The notes under the pieces: generated by a model
What the model was told of the DNA's origin: nothing
Database searches by the model: none
Seen by the model: only the letters and a program-made list of their open reading frames with translations
Program-made: the position numbers and the translations under genes
Part shown: in pieces, positions 18,214 to 26,118 of the stretch
Position numbering within the stretch: the stretch's first letter is position 1
Layout: each line of letters opens with the position of its first letter
Assembly: GCA_964472445.1 (NCBI GenBank)
Contig: CAYYMU010000001.1
Span: forward strand, 1-57,134
Direction of reading: 5' to 3'
DNA from: an uncultured Desulfobacteraceae bacterium
Lineage (GTDB): Bacteria > Desulfobacterota > Desulfobacteria > Desulfobacterales > ETH-SRB1
Length of the DNA stretch: 57,134 nt

Positions 18214-19707
18214 TTAAAAACCTACAGGTATCACAAATTGAATTGCAGTTGATATAATCTTTGAGCTGAAGATACCTGCCAACAGTATCCCGACAGCCAT
18301 AACCTGTATGGGAATAAGCATACTTAAAGGAACTTCATCCATGCGAACCGACTCGTAAGCCTTATCACGGCCATAATCAGGCATAGGTTTCTCAAATGTG
18401 GCAATCTGTATAACTCTAAAGAAATAGACTACATTCAGGATGCTGCTAAACAACAGAACAGCGACAAAAATCCACTTCCCTGCATCAATTGCACCCATGA
18501 TTAGATATATCTTGCTGAAAAAACCGCAGGTAGGCGGTATGCCGACCATGGAAAAAGCGCCAATAAGAAAGGCTGACATAGTAAACGGCATTTTTCTATA
18601 TAAGTTTTTAAAGTCATATATATTGCAAGCGCCCATTTTATAGACAATAGCCCCTGCGACCAGAAACACACATCCTTTTGTTAACGCTTCATTTAAAATA
18701 TGAAGAACAGCACCGGTAAGACCGTATCTGTTGGCCAGCCCTATACCTAAAGCAATATATCCGATCTGGGCCACAACCGAGTAAGACAGCATCTTCTTCA
18801 GGTCAGTCTGTGCAATAGCATATATTGAACCAAGGACTATCGCAACTGCGGCCATCCAGGTAAGAACAGTTGTCACAGGAATTGTCTCTATGAAAAAAGA
18901 AGGCTTAAAAACAGTAAACATAACCCGTATCATCAGGTAAGCCGCCACCTTGGTCATAAGAGGTGCGATAAGAGCGCTAACTGTAGATGGAGCATCTGCA
19001 TAAGCATTAGGAGCCCATGCATGCAATGGATAAAGTGCCATCTCAATGCTTATGCCAACCACCATAAAAATCCCAGCAGTAAGCACAACTTTTGAATCAT
19101 ATAATTCAGGCAATAATTGAGCCACATCATGCATATTTAGAGAACCTGTGGCCATATACAGGTAACCTACACCTATAAGATAAAATGAAGCTCCAATTGT
19201 ACCCATAATAATGTATCTAAATGCGGCGAAAGGAGCTCCATCCCGTCCAATAGCGATAAGAGCATAACATGAAAGGGCACCAATTTCCAAAAACACAAAG
19301 ACATTAAACAGGTCACCAGTTACAACTATTCCAAAAAGGCCTGTAACAAGAAGCAGAAAAAGCGTGTAAAACGGAACAACCTTCTCAGGCATTTCCTTTT
19401 GAACACTTTTTTTGGAATATATGCCAACAGTAAGAGCTACAAAAGATATTATTATTAAAACAAAAGCATTGAGGTAATCGATTGCATACTCAATTCCCCA
19501 TGGAGGCGACCACCCACCAAGATAATATGAAAATGGGCCACCCGTTATTACCTGGTTTAAAACACCGATCGAGCAAACAACCGTAACAAGAAGAACGGCA
19601 ACGGCCCATGGGTAGCACAATTCTTTTTTCCACCATCCAATAACCGGGGTCAAAAGAGCCGACATCAAAGGTATTACAATCACCATAACAGCAAAGTGCG
19701 TTGCCAT
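18214..19707 (-). CDS. mrpD: MrpD/NuoM-like antiporter-type subunit
   Basis: 497-aa polytopic protein (YPLHAWAPNAYADAPS, AQIGY). Begins 2 nt after the mrpC stop. Confidence 0.85.
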   Translation of the reverse strand: MATHFAVMVIVIPLMSALLTPVIGWWKKELCYPWAVAVLLVTVVCSIGVLNQVITGGPFSYYLGGWSPPWGIEYAIDYLNAFVLIIISFVALTVGIYSKKSVQKEMPEKVVPFYTLFLLLVTGLFGIVVTGDLFNVFVFLEIGALSCYALIAIGRDGAPFAAFRYIIMGTIGASFYLIGVGYLYMATGSLNMHDVAQLLPELYDSKVVLTAGIFMVVGISIEMALYPLHAWAPNAYADAPSTVSALIAPLMTKVAAYLMIRVMFTVFKPSFFIETIPVTTVLTWMAAVAIVLGSIYAIAQTDLKKMLSYSVVAQIGYIALGIGLANRYGLTGAVLHILNEALTKGCVFLVAGAIVYKMGACNIYDFKNLYRKMPFTMSAFLIGAFSMVGIPPTCGFFSKIYLIMGAIDAGKWIFVAVLLFSSILNVVYFFRVIQIATFEKPMPDYGRDKAYESVRMDEVPLSMLIPIQVMAVGILLAGIFSSKIISTAIQFVIPVGF

Positions 19708-19709
19708 AT

Positions 19710-20117
19710 CTAAACTCCCGTGTCTTTTCTTATTTTCATAATTTCATCAAGCTCTAAGGTCTTATATCTCCTGAAAATCAGGATAAGCACCGCAAGTGCA
19801 ACACCTGTCGTGGCAATTGAAACAACTATCGCCGTAAGCATCAGTACATGGGGAAGAGGATTAATATAACTGGCAACATCGATAAGAGCATGTCCATGAC
19901 CGTGAGCCGCATGAGCATCCCCTAAGAATATTGGTACCGTTGCTCCTCCCTTCTTTACGCCGATGGAAATGTAAAAAAGAATCACAGCAGACTGAAATAT
20001 ATTCATCCCAATCAGCTTCTTGACCAGATTCTTCTTGCCCACCATTGCGTAAAGACCAATCAACAGCAAAATGACATACGCCCAGAAGTTGTATTTACTG
20101 ACTATGTACTCAAGCAT
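19710..20117 (-). CDS. mrpC: MrpC/NuoK-like subunit with His-rich loop insertion
   Basis: 135 aa. N-terminal FWAYVILLLIGLYAMVGKKNLVKKLIGMNIFQSAV is typical of MnhC. Extra loop GDAHAAHGHGHA lies between helices 2 and 3. Confidence 0.85.
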   Translation of the reverse strand: MLEYIVSKYNFWAYVILLLIGLYAMVGKKNLVKKLIGMNIFQSAVILFYISIGVKKGGATVPIFLGDAHAAHGHGHALIDVASYINPLPHVLMLTAIVVSIATTGVALAVLILIFRRYKTLELDEIMKIRKDTGV

Positions 20118-20118
20118 A

Positions 20119-20403
20119 TCAGTCTCCTTCTCCCTTGCGTTTTTTTCTTAACATAAGGATACAGGCCATACCTGCTGTAAAAATAACCGTAGTCTCACCC
20201 ATGGTATCGTATCCCCTGTAATCCGCCAAAACAGCGGTAACTATATTGGGTGTCGCTGTTTTTTCCAGCGCTTCCTGAATATACTTAGGTGAAACGTGTG
20301 AATTGGCCGGAGAATTGGGGTCACCCCAATCAGGCATATCTTCAACGCCATATATGAGTAGTGCCCCAGTCAAAATTATTAAGATTGTAGCAACAACTTT
20401 CAA
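20119..20403 (-). CDS. MrpB-family small subunit (MbhE-like; equivalent to the MrpA C-terminal region)
   Basis: 94 aa. IVTAVLADYRGYDTMGETTV is the MnhB-domain signature. TTG start overlaps the upstream stop (TTGA), with GGAGG 8 nt upstream. Confidence 0.7.
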   Translation of the reverse strand: MKVVATILIILTGALLIYGVEDMPDWGDPNSPANSHVSPKYIQEALEKTATPNIVTAVLADYRGYDTMGETTVIFTAGMACILMLRKKRKGEGD

Positions 20404-20645
20404 TCTTTTGACCTCCTTTTTGTTTTACTAACCGCTGCAATAAACAAGACTGTTCCAACCCCTGCGCCAACCGAAGCCTCGGTAAAGGCCACATCAACGG
20501 CCCCCATCTGTGCCCAGAGAATACACATGAAAAAGCTGTAAGCGCCGAGAATAATAACGGCAGCCAGAAGATCTTTGATGGTAATGGCTGCAACCGCACA
20601 GATAATAATCAAAATACAGAGAATAAGATCGAGTTGCCAGATCAT
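20400..20645 (-). CDS. DUF4040/MbhD-like small membrane subunit
   Basis: Three-helix protein with FTEASVGAGV. ATG 20645 overlaps the mrpG stop (ATGA). The ORF-track start at 20666 is probably an over-extension. Confidence 0.7.
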   Translation of the reverse strand: MIWQLDLILCILIIICAVAAITIKDLLAAVIILGAYSFFMCILWAQMGAVDVAFTEASVGAGVGTVLFIAAVSKTKRRSKD

Positions 20646-20965
20646 TTGTTTTCCTCCCTGGTCCACGGTTTAACACCACACCGAAAAGCGGCTCTGGAAA
20701 TTGCATGAGTCGCTGTGGGATTGGCTAAAAAAACGAAAACAGCTATAACAATCAGCTTAATACTGTCTAAAACAGCTCCGTGATAAAAAATGTGATATAA
20801 TGCAATACCCATAAGAGATATAAGCACGGCAAGAGTGTCGCCTTTTCCAGTGGCATGCATCCGGGAATAAAAGTCTGGAAAACGGATCAGACCGATAGTC
20901 CCGGTAGCGAAAAAGAAACATCCTATTAAAACAAACACTATGGATATTATTTTAATAATTTCCAT
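20642..20965 (-). CDS. mrpG: MrpG subunit
   Basis: GTIGLIRFPDFYSRMHATGKGDTLA is the MnhG signature. The start overlaps the mrpF stop. Confidence 0.85.
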   Translation of the reverse strand: MEIIKIISIVFVLIGCFFFATGTIGLIRFPDFYSRMHATGKGDTLAVLISLMGIALYHIFYHGAVLDSIKLIVIAVFVFLANPTATHAISRAAFRCGVKPWTREENK

Positions 20966-21231
20966 CAAATTTCACCTCTTCCTTCAAAGTACTTTGCTGC
21001 TGCCAGAGTACCGATAAAATTTAAAAAGGCGTACACCATAATAATATCAAGGAACATTTCTATTCTCTTATATATAAAACCCATGAGGACGAGGACTATT
21101 AAAGTTTTTGTGCCTATGGCTCCAACACTTACAATTCGATCAATAATAGTTGGCCCGAATACCACCCGATACAGACATATTAAAACAAGCGAGCAAAGAA
21201 AAATGCTTACACCCAAATAAAAACTTTCCAT
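20965..21231 (-). CDS. mrpF: MrpF subunit
   Basis: 88 aa. YRVVFGPTIIDRIVSVGAIGTK is the MnhF signature. Confidence 0.85.
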   Translation of the reverse strand: MESFYLGVSIFLCSLVLICLYRVVFGPTIIDRIVSVGAIGTKTLIVLVLMGFIYKRIEMFLDIIMVYAFLNFIGTLAAAKYFEGRGEI

Positions 21232-21277
21232 ATCTACGCTCCCGAATTTGGTTCACTTACAATTTGAAAAATACGTT

Positions 21278-22228
21278 TCAATCAACTTGATGTTTTGTTG
21301 TTAATTTATATTTTTTAAGCTTTGAATACAAAGTACTCCGGCTTACATCGAGCTGTTTTGCAACCTGCAATTTGTTCCAGTTGCATTCCTGCATAATTTT
21401 TACTAAAAACCTTTTTTCATTTTCTTCAAAAGAGGTTACTGCCTCCTGCTTATGCCCGCTTAAAACTGCATCTAAAATACGGGAAGGCAATAAATCGCTG
21501 CCGATCATTTCTTCTTTTGTCAACAAAAAGGCATGCTGAATAATATTTTCCAGTTCCTTAACATTGCCTGGCCATGAATAGTCCATAAGAAATTGCATTG
21601 TATCAGAGGTAACGCCTTTAACTTTTTTTTTCAGTTCGTCATTCAGCTGTTTTATAAAATATTGAACCAGAAGGGGGATATCTTCTTTTCTCTGTCTTAA
21701 AGAAGGCAGGTGAATATTAATCACATTAAGCATGTAAGAAAATTCTTCGTTAAAAGTTCCCCTTTCAACTTCTCTTCCCAAATCTGTATCAACGGCGGCG
21801 ATTATCCTGATGTCAGTCATTATTTGCTTTTTCCCGCCAAGTCTCATAATTTTCCGGCCCTGCATAAACCTTAAAAGCTTTATCTGGGTCATGGGAGAAA
21901 TTTTGTCTATCGCAGATAAAACAACTGTTCCGCCATCAGCCAGTTCAAGACAACCTTTCTTCTGGCGCACGGCTCCTTCAAACGAACCGATTTCATGGCC
22001 AAAAAGTCCGCTTTCCAGCATGAGCCGAGGACAGGAAGAACAATTATACACCTCAAAAGCATTGCTTTTTCTGTTGCTGTGCAAATGAATGGCCTGTGCA
22101 ACTAATATTTTTTCTGTCCCTTCTTCTCCACGGATCAAAATTGTGGTATCAGTAGGAGCAAGATTCAATATCATATTGTAAACCTGCTTCATTTTTGCGG
22201 ATTGTTTATTTATGTCCTGTATTCTCAA
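21278..22228 (-). CDS. Sigma-54 activator-like AAA+/HTH protein with degenerate catalytic motifs and no N-terminal sensory domain
   Basis: 316 aa and collinear with the AAA+ and Fis-HTH part of the ORF at 30843-32714 (for example SFEENEKRFLVKIMQECNWNKLQVAKQLDVSRSTLYSKLKKYKL). The motifs read GEEGTEK (Walker A), VVLSAIDKI (Walker B), GSFEGA (GAFTGA) and FNEEFSYMLNV (RxDLYYRLNV). TTG start with AAGGA RBS. Confidence 0.75.
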   Translation of the reverse strand: MRIQDINKQSAKMKQVYNMILNLAPTDTTILIRGEEGTEKILVAQAIHLHSNRKSNAFEVYNCSSCPRLMLESGLFGHEIGSFEGAVRQKKGCLELADGGTVVLSAIDKISPMTQIKLLRFMQGRKIMRLGGKKQIMTDIRIIAAVDTDLGREVERGTFNEEFSYMLNVINIHLPSLRQRKEDIPLLVQYFIKQLNDELKKKVKGVTSDTMQFLMDYSWPGNVKELENIIQHAFLLTKEEMIGSDLLPSRILDAVLSGHKQEAVTSFEENEKRFLVKIMQECNWNKLQVAKQLDVSRSTLYSKLKKYKLTTKHQVD

Positions 22229-22244
22229 GCTTAATCCTTAAATG

Positions 22245-22736
22245 TTAATCAGATTGACCCTGCTCTTTGTTTGAAGGAAGGCCTCCTGTAGATATATCCA
22301 AAAAAATTGAGAGCATAACGGCCATAACAGCAATCCCTACACCGGTCTCAACGCCAAGGATACCAAGCGATCTTGCATGGGGAACCTCCACATGCAAAAT
22401 TTTGGCAAGTGCTCCATAGTCTAAAAAATTCCCGCCCAGTATTATACACAATATCCCTATTCCAACATATATTGCGACGCCGAGACTGCATAAAATCGTA
22501 TTTGATCTTTCTGACATCATACGCAAAACATTATCCAACCCATAAGTTATTACAAGTAGAATTAGACTTGCACCCAGAATTACTCCTCCCTGGAAGCCTC
22601 CTCCAGGGCTGTAATGTCCATGCGCAATAACATAAAGAGCATAAATCTGCATAAATGGTATTAATAACCGGGAAAGTGTCTTAACAATAACATCATCCGA
22701 TTGTTTGGTCATGTCTGCTGTCTGTTTGATTGTCAT
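22245..22736 (-). CDS. mrpB: MrpB subunit
   Basis: 163 aa. LLIPFMQIYALYVIAHGHYSPGGGFQGGVILG is the MnhB signature. Confidence 0.85.
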   Translation of the reverse strand: MTIKQTADMTKQSDDVIVKTLSRLLIPFMQIYALYVIAHGHYSPGGGFQGGVILGASLILLVITYGLDNVLRMMSERSNTILCSLGVAIYVGIGILCIILGGNFLDYGALAKILHVEVPHARSLGILGVETGVGIAVMAVMLSIFLDISTGGLPSNKEQGQSD

Positions 22737-22782
22737 ATTTTCAGGCCTTGGTTTTTAAGCGTATGGTTAATAACGATTTTAT

Positions 22783-23496
22783 TTACTTTAACGCCACAAA
22801 AATAGGCGCCATATCGAGAACATCCTGGACATACACATGATCAGCTTCCATAAAAATATGGGCGATCCTGTCCTCCATATCACCGGTCATCAGATCTTCA
22901 GCCACCTTCTTGCTGACAGCATGCACATAATAGACACCGTCTTTAACATCTACTGTAATAGTACCAGGTGTAAGTGTTATCGAATTGGCAAGAGTAACCA
23001 TCGATATATCGCTTTCTAATTTTGACTTAAATTTCATTATCTTCGGATCAAGCAGGCTTCTCGGGCCCAGAGCCAGACGCGCTACATGTAAATTAGACAG
23101 GAAAATCTGGTATAAAAGCCATGGAATGTATATAATAAATCTTTTTACTATTACACGCATATCTCCTGTTCTTGGATTGGCAAACATCAGATCATAAGAC
23201 AAATATGATATCAGCGCACAGCAAAGCATGCCAATTGTGATATGAAATACATCATAGTGACCTGATAAAAGCAGCCAGAAACCCAACAGAATTATGAAAG
23301 CCGATATAAATTTGACAATCTTGGCTTTTGTCTGTTTAGCCCCTGTAAATATTGCCTCTATTCTTTTTCGATGTATAGCCTGAGTCTCAGATGTCAGTTT
23401 GGCGGCAATATCCAATATCTGTTTGGCTCTATCTCTCGCATCATCTAACATTTCAAAGGACTTGTATGTGGCTTGAACCAGTACTGTTACTTCCAT
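22783..23496 (-). CDS. mrpE: MrpE subunit with about 65-aa hydrophilic N-terminal extension
   Basis: The C-terminal 170 aa carry MnhE signatures (WLLLSGHYD, ANSITLTPGTITVDV, YYVHA). GAGGAAAAGG RBS supports the long form. Confidence 0.8.
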   Translation of the reverse strand: MEVTVLVQATYKSFEMLDDARDRAKQILDIAAKLTSETQAIHRKRIEAIFTGAKQTKAKIVKFISAFIILLGFWLLLSGHYDVFHITIGMLCCALISYLSYDLMFANPRTGDMRVIVKRFIIYIPWLLYQIFLSNLHVARLALGPRSLLDPKIMKFKSKLESDISMVTLANSITLTPGTITVDVKDGVYYVHAVSKKVAEDLMTGDMEDRIAHIFMEADHVYVQDVLDMAPIFVALK

Positions 23497-23589
23497 CCTT
23501 TTCCTCTTTCTATGTTTTTAATCCACAGGTTAAGCAGATTCCACAAATTATCGTTAGTTAACCGTTTTATATCGTTTATCAAAATACAG

Positions 23590-24402
23590 TTAAGGAAGCA
23601 GCATAACGGGCGTATGTGATTTTTCCATCACCCTGTATGCCAGCCTGCCTAAAAAAATATCTTTAAATTTATACCTGCGTTTTGCACCTATAATTATCAT
23701 GGTGGAATCATAGTCCTGCGCCGCGCGGAGTATCTCTTCAACAGTTCTTCCCGCATACATGTGATATTCTGCTGAAATACCGAGCTTAATGCATGCATCA
23801 CGGTTATTAACCATTTTATCCATGAGTTGCTGAAGATCGCGCAGGGTTAATTTCTTAAATATTACATTTACAAGTTCGAGTTCGTCTATTAATTCCTTAA
23901 AATCAGCGACACATTTTAATGCTTTTTCATATTCAGTCGACCAGTCTGTGGGCAATAAAACACGTTCAAACATTCCTTTTGAACTAAAATTTAATGTTTT
24001 TTCATCGTTATCAACAGCTATAACAGGAATATTAGCTGATTTAACAATATTATTTAATGTTGAGCCACCAAATATTTTTCGGTCGCTTTGTTTATCAAAA
24101 TGAATAACTATCAGAGAAATCTGGTAATTTTGGATGGTTTTTAAAACGCTTGCAACAAGGTTTTCGGGTTCAATTTTTATGCTCGCATTTATACCGTAAT
24201 CACTCAGTTTCTTTTTCCATGTCTCAAATCGATCAGATACCAGACCCTTTAATCTGCTTTTTTCGATCCCCTTGTCTTTGCCTAAGGCCGAAAGGAGAAC
24301 TATTTCCCGGCATCCAAATTTACTGAGGCCTGATAAACCCTCCAGGACTTTAAAATCGGGTTTATCCAAATTTGTAGCATATAGTATTTTTTTTACGTCC
24401 AT
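23590..24402 (-). CDS. Tandem-domain universal stress protein
   Basis: 270 aa with two USP halves. Same strand as mrpE and 94 nt upstream of it. Confidence 0.8.
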   Translation of the reverse strand: MDVKKILYATNLDKPDFKVLEGLSGLSKFGCREIVLLSALGKDKGIEKSRLKGLVSDRFETWKKKLSDYGINASIKIEPENLVASVLKTIQNYQISLIVIHFDKQSDRKIFGGSTLNNIVKSANIPVIAVDNDEKTLNFSSKGMFERVLLPTDWSTEYEKALKCVADFKELIDELELVNVIFKKLTLRDLQQLMDKMVNNRDACIKLGISAEYHMYAGRTVEEILRAAQDYDSTMIIIGAKRRYKFKDIFLGRLAYRVMEKSHTPVMLLP

Positions 24403-24545
24403 TACCCTACCTTTTCATAAAAATAGCCAGAGTGAAACCTTTGCAAAACGCCCCCTTTTGCCCAATCTCGTTATCAGTCTCAAACTTTAAGCTCCAAAAT
24501 ACTCAACATATCCCTGCAGTTAAAGTTTTTGACTTTCTTGAGATT

Positions 24546-24575
24546 GAATCCCGCTTTTATCGGGATTCGTTTTTC
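24546..24575 (+). other. Stable hairpin plus T-run (orphan plus-strand terminator shape; lies in the leader of the minus-strand USP-mrp transcript)
   Basis: GAATCCCG-CTTTTAT-CGGGATTC followed by GTTTTTC. There is no plus-strand gene upstream. Confidence 0.4.
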
Positions 24576-24655
24576 AAAGGCCTCAGAGTTTCCCTGGGTC
24601 AACTATAGACAAAAATATAAACAATATTATTTTTATGGTTTCAGGCTGAATGTAA

Positions 24656-24671
24656 TGCAACATCCGTGCCT
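24656..24671 (-). promoter_or_regulatory. Sigma-54 (-24/-12) promoter candidate for the USP-mrp-like operon
   Basis: The minus strand reads AGGCACGGATGTTGCAT, against the consensus TGGCACG-N4-TTGCW. GG-N10-GC spacing is exact and only the first T is mismatched. It lies about 255 nt upstream of the USP start codon. Confidence 0.6.
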
Positions 24672-24756
24672 TTTGAGCTATTTTTTGCATTTATCCGTTT
24701 TTCTTAGATAAGATAGAATGTAAAACCAGTATTTAGCCAAAGATACAACACAAATG

Positions 24757-24773
24757 TGTACAATATTTATACA
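24757..24773. promoter_or_regulatory. Candidate enhancer (UAS) dyad TGTA-N9-TACA upstream of the -24/-12 element
   Basis: TGTACAATATTTATACA lies about 100 bp upstream of the -24 element. The 12-mer TGTACAATATTT recurs at 24855-24866. A second dyad, TACAC-N6-GTGTA, is at 24810-24825. Confidence 0.3.
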
Positions 24774-25157
24774 TGCAGGAACCTATTTTCAGAAACCTAT
24801 TCATATCTTTACACAATTGCGTGTATGATATTCAGACATTTTATGTTCAATAACTGTACAATATTTTTCCAGAGTTATCTAAGCCTATGAACTCATAAAA
24901 ACAGACAAATAATATTATCCATAAAAATATCACGACAGACTCGCCTTGAAATATTTTGTGATTTCCTGCAGATTCATTAATATTACAGTTCTGTCTACAT
25001 TTTAACTTGACAATTTAAGCTCTATCTGTTTATTTTGGCAAATATTTATATGCAGAAACAGGGTAAAATATATGCAAAAATAGGGTAAAAGTTGGCAGAT
25101 TATGAATGTCACATTTGCCCTGTGAGCTGAGAACTGTGTTTAAGGAGGATGTTTTTT

Positions 25158-26024
25158 ATGAAATTCAAGAAAATGCTGTTTGTAACCGACTTTGACGAAT
25201 TATGGTTTGATGCCCTTGAATCATTGATGGAACTAAGGAAGGCAGGGCTTAATCATGTGGTTTTTCTCCACGTAATAAGAAAAGAAAGCGTTACAATGCG
25301 ACGCGGAAAAGGCTACCTCAAAGACGAAGATATCAGATTAAGACAAATGGCGGATGTTCGCTTTATTGAATGGGCTGAAAGTATTTTTGAAAAAGGTATG
25401 GAGTGTGGCGCGTATGTTGTCGTTGGTGACCCTCTTCCTAAAATTCTTTCAACAGCTGAAACAGAGGGTATAGACCTGATAGTAACTAAAGCCCATAAAA
25501 CAACAAAATTAGAACGACTGTATGCAGGTTCAACGACCATAGAACTCCTGCGGCGGTCAAAAACGCCTGTTCTGGTTCATAAATATATGCTTCCTTCTGG
25601 AAAGATCAATGATAAGCCTTTTGAAGTTCCTCTGTTTACAACCGACTGGTCATCTCCATGCGAAAGAGCACTGGAACAAATTATTACTCTCAAAAATATC
25701 GTCAAAAAAGTAGTTGTGGTACACGTTGTTAATGATGAAACCGTAAAAGGCAAATCAAAAAACGATCTTATGAAAATTCAAAAAGAAAATAAAAAAAGAC
25801 TGGGAGATGTCTGTGTTGCCTTTGAAGATGAAGGCATAGAGGCGGAATACCATCTTTGCATGGGAGAAACCGTTTCTCAGATCGAAACAGCAGCTCGTGA
25901 ACATGGCGCAACAATGGTTGTTATGGGCGCAACAGGAAAAGGAGCATGGCGGACACGCTGGCTTGGCAGTGTTTCTCAGAAACTTACAGAAATTTCAGAA
26001 TTGCCTACGTTGTTAATACCTTAA
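25158..26024 (+). CDS. Tandem-domain universal stress protein
   Basis: Paralogue of the ORF at 4748-5635 (MKFKKMLF.TDF.EL.F.ALESL.EL+KAGL...). AGGAGG lies 9 nt before ATG 25158, so the ORF-track start at 25149 is probably too early. Confidence 0.85.
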   Translation: MKFKKMLFVTDFDELWFDALESLMELRKAGLNHVVFLHVIRKESVTMRRGKGYLKDEDIRLRQMADVRFIEWAESIFEKGMECGAYVVVGDPLPKILSTAETEGIDLIVTKAHKTTKLERLYAGSTTIELLRRSKTPVLVHKYMLPSGKINDKPFEVPLFTTDWSSPCERALEQIITLKNIVKKVVVVHVVNDETVKGKSKNDLMKIQKENKKRLGDVCVAFEDEGIEAEYHLCMGETVSQIETAAREHGATMVVMGATGKGAWRTRWLGSVSQKLTEISELPTLLIP

Positions 26025-26118
26025 TAAACTACTGGTCGAGTAGTTGAGCGGTCTAATTATCGAGCAATATCAAGCATTCTACAAATTGATCGCTCTAATA
26101 CTCGACCATATATATGGA

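Noticed and set aside
24272-24711. Two small plus-strand ORFs (24272-24490 and 24529-24711) in the AT-rich region upstream of the USP-mrp operon.
   Set aside because: They have no RBS. The first is antisense to the USP 5' end and the second spans the hairpin and the sigma-54 element. The region is better explained as leader and promoter DNA.
25007-25036. Sigma-70-like promoter (TTGACA-N18-TATTTT) and the AGGGTAAAA direct repeats (25060-25068 and 25082-25090) upstream of the USP gene at 25158.
   Set aside because: The -35 is perfect, but the -10 is weak and the spacing suboptimal. In AT-rich DNA such matches are frequent. It is plausible but not supportable as a feature without transcription-start data.
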